From an uncultured Nitrososphaerota archaeon (GTDB lineage: Archaea; Korarchaeota; Korarchaeia; Korarchaeales; Korarchaeaceae): 32,000 nt of DNA. The stretch spans positions 1 through 32,000 of the forward strand of contig CAYZRF010000005.1 of NCBI GenBank assembly GCA_964480775.1. Direction: 5' to 3'. The translations under genes and the position numbers were made by a program. Under the pieces are notes generated by a model that saw only the letters and a program-made list of their open reading frames with translations, was not told the DNA's origin and did not search any database. Each line of letters starts with the position of its first letter. The stretch's first letter is position 1. This document shows, piece by piece, positions 1 to 7,934 of this stretch.

Positions 1-90
1 CAAAAAGATCCCACAAATCGTAAGGAAGTCTTGGCAAACATACCTGAAGATGAATGAGATCAATAGGTCGAAAACGCTCGAGGATTTCAC

Positions 91-774
91 TTAACCTTTC
101 CTTGCCATGATTACTGCGTGTTTTCTGTCAAAAGGTGATAGATCAACTGTTTGAATGATCTCATATCCAGCTTCCTTTATCTGCGATTCTGCTATCTTGT
201 ATACCTGTTTGGGAGGTTTAGTCACGTCAATGCTGCTAGCTTTAACAGCGATCATACCGTAACCTCCTTTCTTTAGGTATACATTGCAGTTCTTAATCAG
301 AATGTCTACCTGGTCTGGCTGAGCAACATCAGCATAAACTACATCAACAACGCTTACGATTCCGGCATAACTTTCTGGCGATCTAGCAGAAGCCAGAATG
401 GGTACAATGTTCTTCCTAGCAGCGGAAACGTTGATAAGATCCCTCATAACTCTTTCAGAAACCTCAATTCCAAATATCAAACCTTCTCTACCTATTATGT
501 CGCTAAAGTGAGAAGCCGTCGTTCCAGAGGCGATACCTAAGTACAATATCTTAGACCCTGGTTTTATTGGGAAATTCTTTAAGCCCTTTAATATTGCGGC
601 AGCTGGTTTAGATCTCTCTGGGCTCCAAATCCTATACTCTTCACCTTTTACCCTAAAGACCCTTTCGTCATAGCTTCTAAATCCTGGTACCAGATTCTTG
701 GTAGCAAGACTCCTTCTTTTTCTTCCTGTTTGTATCCAAAATACACCAGGAAACTTTGAATCCTTCTTAATCAA
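91..774 (-). CDS. flpA: Fibrillarin-like rRNA/tRNA 2'-O-methyltransferase
   Basis: 227-aa ORF with the fibrillarin SAM-binding motif KILYLGIASGTTASHFSDIIG. Its start (TTG at 774) overlaps the nop5 stop by 4 nt, which is the conserved archaeal nop5-flpA pair. Confidence 0.93.
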   Translation of the reverse strand: MIKKDSKFPGVFWIQTGRKRRSLATKNLVPGFRSYDERVFRVKGEEYRIWSPERSKPAAAILKGLKNFPIKPGSKILYLGIASGTTASHFSDIIGREGLIFGIEVSERVMRDLINVSAARKNIVPILASARSPESYAGIVSVVDVVYADVAQPDQVDILIKNCNVYLKKGGYGMIAVKASSIDVTKPPKQVYKIAESQIKEAGYEIIQTVDLSPFDRKHAVIMARKG

Positions 775-1967
775 TCCTTTACCCCCTTTACTTTCTTAAT
801 TTCCTCTTCTATTTCCTTTTTGAGTTTATCTCCTATAAACTCACCTCCAAAGGCGTCTATTCTCGCAGCTAAAGCAGCTTTCGTCGCTATTATTCGGGCA
901 ATTTTTCCTCTAATTTTTTTGGGGGCATTTCTTATTTCCTTGACTTGGAAAAGTATTCCATGCTTAGGAGGTTTTGTTCCTCGAGTCATGTGCAAGAAAA
1001 TGGCCTTTCTAGCCCCAAGAACCTGTATTGTGCTGGAAGGCATCATAGCCAGCCTCTCTAGGCTACCAGCCATAGCAATTAGTCTAGCGACTATCAGAGG
1101 CTGTATTATGGCTGATAAGTTTGGTGCACATTCTCTAACAAGCCTTTCAAGGTACTCTTCCACCTGCTCTTTGTTATCGTAAAGATCAACCCAAAGTCCA
1201 GCTATTCTCCCAAGAATAGAATAATCTTCCGCATCTAGTTCTCCACCCATAGATTCCCTAGATTGAGTTAATATGTCCCTTGCTAAACGCTCCTTAACAC
1301 CTAAATTGCGAAGTTCTTCAAAATTCAAGGTTCTTCTGTCCGGAAAGGATGAGACAATTTTAGTGTATATGTAATGATCATCTACAAGCTGATCAAGTTC
1401 CGGAAAGTGTATCGAATGCCATTCCCTTATCGCAGGAATTAGTATGTTTAGTGCTTTGTTGAGGTGGTCTAAGTAGTCAATAGATCTAATTATGAGCTTA
1501 TCTCTTTTAGTAAGTTCTGATCTTATCAACCCTCTAGAAAGTTCTATACCTAGTTCTACTAGGAAGAAACAATATTCCGGCTCTTTCACATTCCAATTCA
1601 AAGCCTTTGCTACCTCTAATGGCCTCTCCCTGTAATAAAAAAGGATTGGATTTGTCGGGTCAACTATTACCCTCTTACTGGTTTTACTAGCAATTAGATT
1701 CTTTATACCTCTTGAATCAACTACAACCCCATCTATACTCGGATTTCCATCTAGATAATCTATTAAATCTTGCAGCTCTTCTATCCATTCACCTTTTCTA
1801 ATGCTTAAGTGAAGCTTTGCAGCCTGTTTTGGATCTAGAGGAAAGATTAGTCTGAATAACACCTTCTTTTTCTTATCCACAACTAAAAAGCCAAGAGGAT
1901 GAGAAACTACAAAAACTTGCAATGAAATCGCGCCCCCTGTATCGTCTATTAAGAGATTTACTATCAA
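771..1967 (-). CDS. nop5: Nop56/58 (Nop5) C/D box sRNP core protein
   Basis: 398-aa ORF with Nop-domain motifs LGARKAIFLHMTRGTKPPKHGILFQ and KAALAARIDAFGG and a charged KKE-like tail. It lies directly upstream of fibrillarin. The ORF opens with TTG at 1967; an in-frame TTG at 1922 (LQVFVV...) is an alternative start. Confidence 0.9.
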   Translation of the reverse strand: MIVNLLIDDTGGAISLQVFVVSHPLGFLVVDKKKKVLFRLIFPLDPKQAAKLHLSIRKGEWIEELQDLIDYLDGNPSIDGVVVDSRGIKNLIASKTSKRVIVDPTNPILFYYRERPLEVAKALNWNVKEPEYCFFLVELGIELSRGLIRSELTKRDKLIIRSIDYLDHLNKALNILIPAIREWHSIHFPELDQLVDDHYIYTKIVSSFPDRRTLNFEELRNLGVKERLARDILTQSRESMGGELDAEDYSILGRIAGLWVDLYDNKEQVEEYLERLVRECAPNLSAIIQPLIVARLIAMAGSLERLAMMPSSTIQVLGARKAIFLHMTRGTKPPKHGILFQVKEIRNAPKKIRGKIARIIATKAALAARIDAFGGEFIGDKLKKEIEEEIKKVKGVKD

Positions 1968-2083
1968 TATAGGGAACTAGAGGCTATCTAATAAATTAAA
2001 ACCAATATAAAATTAAAAATGAAAATCTAACGATATCTCTCAAAGAGGATAGTTATATACAAAGATCTACTTTAGTTGAAGCA

Positions 2084-2251
2084 TCATTTTACTACTTGAC
2101 CAGGTTCAATGCCTAAGATAAATCTTCTCTTATATATTGCTCTAATCTTTACCTTTGGGGGCGGGCTCTTTCTAGGCTTTCTTTCGATCTTTGGAGTGAG
2201 CGATCTGACTTTACCCGCCTTGTTCAACGCACCATGCGTACCTCTAGGCAT
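2084..2251 (-). CDS. rps30e: Ribosomal protein eS30 (S30e)
   Basis: Below the ORF-track cutoff, so found by hand translation of the minus strand: MPRGTHGALNKAGKVRSLTPKIERKPRKSPPPKVKIRAIYKRRFILGIEPGQVVK, then TGA. The G-x-L-x-KAGKVR-x-x-TPK core is the eS30 signature as I recall it. Confidence 0.8.
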   Translation of the reverse strand: MPRGTHGALNKAGKVRSLTPKIERKPRKSPPPKVKIRAIYKRRFILGIEPGQVVK

Positions 2252-2295
2252 TTAACATCACCTTCATAAGCTTTCATTATAAGAGGTAATTAAAT

Positions 2296-4290
2296 TTATC
2301 TATCCTCTTCTTCAGCTTCTTTTGCAACAATTCGCCTTCTATACTCCCTTAAGATATGCTCTAAGTTAAATCTTCCCTTCTTCGGAATTTCTTCTGGTAT
2401 TGGCGAATCTCTCACAAGTATGTCCTCCTTAATATATGGTATCCCTCCTCTCCACCATATCTCAACATCCCTACCACAAATTACACTTATCCCATTCCTC
2501 TCCAACTCATAAATGACATCCACGGGCGGAGGATTTCTCTTCCAGATAAGGGCCATTACTCCCAACTCTGATATCATTCCAACAACTGATTTGCCCATAC
2601 CGCTTGCATCGATGACAAGCAACACATCTCCTTCTCTTATTTTGTTCTCTGCTGAAGCAAGCTCTATAACTTCCTTTGAAAGTTTATTGAAGACCAATAC
2701 TTGTATCCAGCCAGTTGGAGGCTCTTTTAAGACGCTTTCTAACTCTTTGACCTTTGCTTTGAGAAGTTCATACTTCCACTGCATTTTCCTAAGCTCTTGC
2801 TCCAATTCTCTGATTCTCGCATCTCGTTGAGCAACTCTCCTATCTCTTTCAATCTCTAAGTTAGTTTTCTCCCTTATTTGACTGATTTGCTCCAACAATT
2901 CTCCTATCTCTTTATCTTTCTTATGAAGTAACTCTTCATAATAGGAAAGTCTGTCTTCTAACTCTCTAATTCTTCGTAACAATTCGCTTGTCGCTGGAGA
3001 CTTTTTTCTTCTTACCTTCTTAACAACTCTTCTTTGTTGCGAGGCCTTAGTTTTTTCCTCTGGCTCTAATGCTTCACTTATAGACTTTCCTTTAACTAAC
3101 AATTCTCTGACTCTAGTAGTAAAGGGCACACCCTTCTCACGAGCCCTAGCCTCAGCTTTCTTAAAGAGAGTATTCAATCTTTTGAATGTTATGAGAAGGG
3201 CTGCTAAAGCATCTCTTTCGTGAGAAGTTGATGCCTTTAATCCAGACAACTCTTCAAATTCTTGAACCACCTTCTCTTTCTCCTTTAGAGTTAAAAGATC
3301 GGCTGCTGCCTCGATTTTTGCACTGAAAATCTTAGCTATTTCTTTAACTCTCTCAGGTATCGGAAAAACGTCTGTAGTTATGAGAACAGGTCTACCATAC
3401 TTTACTATCTCTTCTATTATCTGAGATCTTGAGGGCATTCGAAGAGTTTGTAGGGAAAGAATATTTCCCTCAAGATCTGATATAGCTAGTCCAAGAGAAG
3501 CGCCAGGATCTATAGAAACTAGTAGTGGTCTAGACTGAGATGTCTTACGAGAACTGGCAAACTCTAGCCTTCTCTTCATTTTTCTGGTGACTATCACCTT
3601 GATTGAACCATTCTCTCTAGGTTTGACTATGTCAATTACGGTGGATTCGGGCGCATATACGACGAATTCAGCCCTTCTAAGCCCTCCTTCTGCTTGATGC
3701 ACATATAAGTCGTATTCAATACCTTGTTCCTCTAGGCAAGAGGCTATTCTATTCGTCTCATTGAGTATAGCGGCTTCTATCATCCGCCGCCATCTATTAG
3801 TGCCAGATCCTCCCTTCTTTATGCTAGCATTTCGTGCTACTAGGATCCTACACTCTGGTTCGAATAGGATAACCTCGCTTCCTATGCCTCTCGATGCTAA
3901 CAAAGCAGCTATCTTAGCTTCCGTTATGGAGTCCGACCTTTTCCCAATTGTGAAACCTTCTCTCCTCGCCACGTTGCTTAGCTTATCAAAGGAGTCCTCC
4001 TCTTTATTTACCTGTATTATCTTAGTTCCTGATGGTAGCTTCAAAAAGATCCTCCTCAAACCAGAGACATCGGGAGCTAACTCGAATATGTTGTCTGTTG
4101 CTAAGATACATGGCCCTAATTCTGATGCTATTTTTATGATCTCGTTGAGATGAACCCCTCTTTTCTCTAAAGAGACCTTCCCGTTTCTTATAACTACTAC
4201 AGAGTATCTGCATGGCTTGGCCGATCTTGGAGAGCCGGAATGCAGATCAAGTCCTAAAACTGGTAAGTTAACCTGTTTTTCAGTCACCAA
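2296..4290 (-). CDS. Conserved archaeal protein of COG2433/DUF460 type: two RNase H-fold-like modules plus a long coiled coil
   Basis: 664-aa ORF with a TTG or GTG start. It contains two copies of a hydrophobic-D-x-G ... hydrophobic-T-D pattern (VLGLDLHSG...ILATDN and LVSIDPGAS...LITTDV), typical of RuvC/YqgF-like folds. A heptad-rich E/K/R/L segment follows (about residues 430-530), then a C-terminal globular domain. The family assignment is from memory of COG2433. Confidence 0.55.
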   Translation of the reverse strand: MVTEKQVNLPVLGLDLHSGSPRSAKPCRYSVVVIRNGKVSLEKRGVHLNEIIKIASELGPCILATDNIFELAPDVSGLRRIFLKLPSGTKIIQVNKEEDSFDKLSNVARREGFTIGKRSDSITEAKIAALLASRGIGSEVILFEPECRILVARNASIKKGGSGTNRWRRMIEAAILNETNRIASCLEEQGIEYDLYVHQAEGGLRRAEFVVYAPESTVIDIVKPRENGSIKVIVTRKMKRRLEFASSRKTSQSRPLLVSIDPGASLGLAISDLEGNILSLQTLRMPSRSQIIEEIVKYGRPVLITTDVFPIPERVKEIAKIFSAKIEAAADLLTLKEKEKVVQEFEELSGLKASTSHERDALAALLITFKRLNTLFKKAEARAREKGVPFTTRVRELLVKGKSISEALEPEEKTKASQQRRVVKKVRRKKSPATSELLRRIRELEDRLSYYEELLHKKDKEIGELLEQISQIREKTNLEIERDRRVAQRDARIRELEQELRKMQWKYELLKAKVKELESVLKEPPTGWIQVLVFNKLSKEVIELASAENKIREGDVLLVIDASGMGKSVVGMISELGVMALIWKRNPPPVDVIYELERNGISVICGRDVEIWWRGGIPYIKEDILVRDSPIPEEIPKKGRFNLEHILREYRRRIVAKEAEEEDR

Positions 4291-4317
4291 TCAAGACTAG
4301 TCAATGAAGGAATGCCC

Positions 4318-4333
4318 TTTAAAGATTTTATGA
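4318..4333 (+). promoter_or_regulatory. AT-rich TATA-like region for the 4356 gene
   Basis: TTTAAAGATTTTATGA lies 23-38 nt upstream of the ATG at 4356, consistent with a leaderless or very short-leader mRNA. Confidence 0.4.
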
Positions 4334-4355
4334 CACATATTTTTGAGAGCTTACA

Positions 4356-5654
4356 ATGCATCAGCGTCTATCGATACTATTAATAACCATCTTGGCGATC
4401 ACGTACAGCCAAGTTTTAGCGGTTCCACAGCTGGATATTAAACTTGAATTACCAGAAACTGTTTACGTTGGATTTGAATTCGATGCGACTGTTAAGATAT
4501 CTAATCCCCCCGAGGGTGGTCTAATCAAAATTCTCTGGATTAGACTAAGGACGCCTTGGGGATCAACTCCGCTCGAAGAAGTTGATTTAGAAATGCCTCC
4601 TGGAACTAATTTATCCCAGAAAATATCTCTGAGAATTCCTTTAGGAACAAAAGCCCCTTCTTTTGCTAATCTGAAGGCCATTATCAGAATATACGATTCT
4701 AAAGAAGCTAAACAGATAACTTTAGAATCTGAAGGAGTGAATGTCCTTGTAGAAAAGGCATCTCCTCAAGTAAATCTTGAAATTAACACTAATAGGCAAA
4801 ATCTTACACCTGAAGAGCCATTTAGGATTTCGGTTTCTTATGATATTACGGATTATCCAGGTAAAGAAAGTCCAAAGCTGGACATTTTCATGAACGATAC
4901 TGTAATTGTTGAGAACCTCAGCTTAAATGAGCTATCTGCTGCTCTAAACTTTAATCTCACGGCACCTAAAGATGAAGGCTTATATGAAATAAGAGCGATT
5001 ATTAACTATATTATAGGCGATGAGACAAGTTATACAACGATCTATGTATCGAGAAAATTTGGCTTTAACGAAGAAGAAGCCTGGAACCAGATATTGCTTG
5101 CTAATCAATCATTAGAATTTGCTATTACTATCTATAATGCAGCAAAAGAGCAAATAGAGGTTCCAGAAAAAGCACCGCTTTATATTCAATTTGCAGAGAT
5201 AAGGATGAAAGAGGCAATCGAAGCGTTCCATGAGGCTAACAATTCAGTATTTAATCTGGCTAGAGAATCCTATAACGCATCGAACGTGGCAATAGAGGTA
5301 ATATTACAAGCTTATCAAGAGAAAGTTTTGATTCTGCTTGAGAGTTTAAACCAGACATTTCGAGAGTATTCGAATATCCTTACTAAATCCGAAATCGATA
5401 ATATAACTTCTGCTTTTGAAATAGCATTATCAATAAAGGATAAAATTCCACAGGAACCCAAAAATGCAGCAACGCTGTTTGAAACAGCGTTGTCAGAGAT
5501 ATCAAAAGCTAATTCAACGCTAAATAGTGCAATTTCAAAACATCAAACCAGGATTAAGATCATAGGTCTTTTTGTCCTATCTATAATTACAGTATCTTTC
5601 TTTGGTGTGATTCTGCTAAGTAGATCTTTGTTTAAAAAGATAATAGAGATTTGA
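4356..5654 (+). CDS. Secreted, C-terminally membrane-anchored glycoprotein of unknown function
   Basis: 432-aa ORF with an N-terminal signal-like segment (LSILLITILAITYSQVLA) and beta-rich, CARDB-like N-terminal stretches. It has a helical C-terminal half and a terminal TM helix (IIGLFVLSIITVSFFGVILL). At least 11 N-x-S/T sequons are present, for example NLS, NLT, NDT, NQS, NAS, NQT, NIT and NST. Confidence 0.7.
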   Translation: MHQRLSILLITILAITYSQVLAVPQLDIKLELPETVYVGFEFDATVKISNPPEGGLIKILWIRLRTPWGSTPLEEVDLEMPPGTNLSQKISLRIPLGTKAPSFANLKAIIRIYDSKEAKQITLESEGVNVLVEKASPQVNLEINTNRQNLTPEEPFRISVSYDITDYPGKESPKLDIFMNDTVIVENLSLNELSAALNFNLTAPKDEGLYEIRAIINYIIGDETSYTTIYVSRKFGFNEEEAWNQILLANQSLEFAITIYNAAKEQIEVPEKAPLYIQFAEIRMKEAIEAFHEANNSVFNLARESYNASNVAIEVILQAYQEKVLILLESLNQTFREYSNILTKSEIDNITSAFEIALSIKDKIPQEPKNAATLFETALSEISKANSTLNSAISKHQTRIKIIGLFVLSIITVSFFGVILLSRSLFKKIIEI

Positions 5655-5660
5655 CACTCA

Positions 5661-5673
5661 TTTTTACTAAAAA
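5661..5673. terminator. Bidirectional oligo-T element between convergent genes
   Basis: TTTTTACTAAAAA gives a T5 run on each strand between the 4356-5654 gene (+) and the Sm gene (-). Confidence 0.4.
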
Positions 5674-5726
5674 GCCTTCATGAATGATAAGATCAAAGGA
5701 AAGTTAATGAATTTCGTTAGGGGATC

Positions 5727-5969
5727 TTACTCTTCAAGGGTTATGAAGAGAATGTTGTTTCCTCTTATGAAAAGTTCCCCAACATTCCTTAAGGGCTTCT
5801 TGGTTTCAGGATCTCTTTCCATAGCTGAAGAAAGGACTAAATTCATCATGTCGTCGCAGACAACCAGCCTTCCAAAGATTTCTGCGCCATTTTTCAGCTT
5901 TACGACAACCTCGCTGCCATGTGCCTTCTTAAGATATGACAGGGGTGGCGGGGGTTTCTCACTTTTCAA
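5727..5969 (-). CDS. Sm-like (LSm) RNA-binding protein
   Basis: 80-aa ORF with an Sm1-like motif GRLVVCDDMMNLVL and an Sm2-like motif LFIRGNNILFI. A TTG start is preceded by GGTGAT. Confidence 0.85.
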   Translation of the reverse strand: MKSEKPPPPLSYLKKAHGSEVVVKLKNGAEIFGRLVVCDDMMNLVLSSAMERDPETKKPLRNVGELFIRGNNILFITLEE

Positions 5970-6038
5970 AGAATCACCTTACTTCTACACACAACTTCTC
6001 TATTTTTACAGGACTCCCAATTAAAACATTATGATTCC

Positions 6039-6683
6039 TTACCTTGCACTGAGGGCTATGCGCTCTATCTCTTCCTTTCTTTTTATTGCATGGCTCTTTA
6101 CTCTGTCGTAATTGGCAGCAGCAATTATCTCTTCGGCCAAGGCTTCAGCTAGCGACATAGGGCTTCTAAAGGCCTTCATGGCAGCACCTTGAGCTATATG
6201 CCTAATTGCAAGGTCGAGCATTCTCGTTGGTGATGTGTCCACTGAATGGAAATAACTGACTCCACCATATATTATCCTCGTAACCTCTTCTCTAATGGCT
6301 GCGTTCTCAATTGCCTTTATGAAGATTTGAATCGGGTTTTTGCCCGTTCTCAACTCGATTATCTCAAAAGCATATTTTACTGTCCTAAGGGCCTTAAGCT
6401 TCTTTCCGGGGTTCTTGCTATTGACCCTATCTCTCTTAACACCAGCATTGATTGCTTGAGACATAAGCCGATTAACGAGCCTCTCAACTACTGGTACTCT
6501 GAGCTTTCCAAAACGCTTGTGCTCATGCCTTCCACCAGTATGGGGAAGGTAAACGGGTCTAAGACAGATCACTTTTTTTAGGGCTGGGCTTTTCACCTCA
6601 ACTCCTTCAAATGACCATTTTCCAAATAGTTTTATTTGAGGTTTCTCCTCCGCGACTTCTTGTTGCCCTTCCGCTTTACTCAT
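6039..6683 (-). CDS. rps7: Ribosomal protein uS7
   Basis: 214-aa ORF immediately downstream of S12 in the conserved archaeal S12-S7 pair. The sequence is typical archaeal S7 ([30 protein letters not shown]). Confidence 0.93.
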   Translation of the reverse strand: MSKAEGQQEVAEEKPQIKLFGKWSFEGVEVKSPALKKVICLRPVYLPHTGGRHEHKRFGKLRVPVVERLVNRLMSQAINAGVKRDRVNSKNPGKKLKALRTVKYAFEIIELRTGKNPIQIFIKAIENAAIREEVTRIIYGGVSYFHSVDTSPTRMLDLAIRHIAQGAAMKAFRSPMSLAEALAEEIIAAANYDRVKSHAIKRKEEIERIALSAR

Positions 6684-6687
6684 AAGA

Positions 6688-7128
6688 TCACCTTGTTGGC
6701 TTTTCCTTCTTTCCCTTCAAAATAGCCTGAAGGTCGACATTGTTGACCTTGATTACCTGGTATCTGACTCCTGGAATATCTCCTAGACTTCTACCTCTCG
6801 AACCACCTATTCCTGCTATTAGTACCTCGTCATGCTCATCAATAACATTTAGAGCCCCGTCTCCAGGAGCAAAAGCTAATACTATTGCCCCAGTTTTCGC
6901 TAATTGAACTTTAACAGCCTTTCTAAGTCCAGAGTGTGGTTGTCTCGCTTCCAAACCCACTTTTTCCAATACTATTCCTCTGGCCATTGGAGCGCCACCC
7001 AACGGGTCATATTTCTCTCTTAAACGCAGATGTTTCCTTCTATACTCATAATCGTGCCAGCGTTTCCACTTATACTTCTCTTTTAGCCTCCTTGCAGCAT
7101 AGAGACCTAGCGGTGCTTTCTTGCCCAT
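6688..7128 (-). CDS. rps12: Ribosomal protein uS12
   Basis: 146-aa ORF with the typical archaeal/eukaryotic S12 (S23e) layout: [32 protein letters not shown] and [22 protein letters not shown]. Confidence 0.93.
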   Translation of the reverse strand: MGKKAPLGLYAARRLKEKYKWKRWHDYEYRRKHLRLREKYDPLGGAPMARGIVLEKVGLEARQPHSGLRKAVKVQLAKTGAIVLAFAPGDGALNVIDEHDEVLIAGIGGSRGRSLGDIPGVRYQVIKVNNVDLQAILKGKKEKPTR

Positions 7129-7159
7129 GCCGTTTCCCTCCCACTTGATGTAACCAATA

Positions 7160-7570
7160 TCATGAGGACCCTATTTTAACATTTCCGAGTTGAAACCATC
7201 TCCTTACGAGTAACCTTGCTCTTCTTATACGTCTTCCATCTTTACCAATTGCTATTCCAAGATCTTCTTCTGGAACTTTGACGTATGCCACCTTTCCTTC
7301 CCCTTCTCCGACGAATTCAATCTCACTTACCCTTGCAGGGCTAAGTAAGTTCCGTATGAAGCTCTCTAGATCATTGTCGTATTCTACAACCTCTACAGCA
7401 TAGCCAAGATCCCTTCTAATGATCTTCCTCATCATCTCAAGCTTTCTTCCACCCCTGCCTATTGCCCTTCCTAAATCTCCTTTGTTGACAACATAGATCA
7501 ATCTTTCATACTCTTCATCTATAACTACATCAATTGACGCAACGCCAGTCATGTAACGAAACATTTTCAA
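7160..7570 (-). CDS. nusA: Archaeal NusA-like transcription termination/antitermination protein (two KH domains)
   Basis: 136-aa ORF with two KH GxxG motifs (IGRGGRKL and IGKDGRRI). It sits between L30e and S12 as in the conserved archaeal RNAP operon. Confidence 0.88.
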   Translation of the reverse strand: MKMFRYMTGVASIDVVIDEEYERLIYVVNKGDLGRAIGRGGRKLEMMRKIIRRDLGYAVEVVEYDNDLESFIRNLLSPARVSEIEFVGEGEGKVAYVKVPEEDLGIAIGKDGRRIRRARLLVRRWFQLGNVKIGSS

Positions 7571-7604
7571 TAGGTCTAATTGTCTAGGCCCTAATACAAT
7601 CCTT

Positions 7605-7934
7605 CTATTCGGAATCTTTACCTCCCCCCTCCTTCACCATCTCCAGAATAGATGACTCCCCTTGATCTAGTATAGCGGCAGCTGAGACAAAAAAGGGTTT
7701 ATGTAGTGCTCTACCCAGCTGTAAACTGCCTTCCTTATACAGCATTACTGGAACTTGTGAAAGCTTTGCTAGATATTCAAGCTCTGCTCTAGTTTCCTCA
7801 TCTATATTGGTCGCTAGGATTATGAGCTTAGGTTTCGCATTCCCTCTCAATAGCAATCTTTTCACGTTTTTAATTCCCATTATAACATTCCCTGTTTTTC
7901 TTGCTAACCAAATCTCAGAATCGAGTTCAGGCAC
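7605..7934 (-). CDS. rpl30e: Ribosomal protein eL30 (L30e)
   Basis: 109-aa ORF with the L30e/L7Ae-fold pattern (KTGNVIMGIKNVKRLLLRGNAKLIILATN...GRALHKPFFVSAAAILDQGES). It overlaps the rpoA stop by 8 nt. Confidence 0.88.
   Translation of the reverse strand: MPELDSEIWLARKTGNVIMGIKNVKRLLLRGNAKPKLIILATNIDEETRAELEYLAKLSQVPVMLYKEGSLQLGRALHKPFFVSAAAILDQGESSILEMVKEGGGKDSE

Noticed and set aside
1-57. Possible 3' end of a plus-strand gene (...QKDPTNRKEVLANIPEDE, then TGA) at the window edge. Two minus-strand frames are also open to the edge.
   Set aside because: Only ~18 codons are visible and three frames are open, so there is not enough evidence to call a CDS or its strand.
5680-6024. 114-aa plus-strand ORF.
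   Set aside because: It is antisense to the Sm-protein gene, which has clear Sm1/Sm2 motifs. Its translation is S/F/L-rich with no recognisable features.
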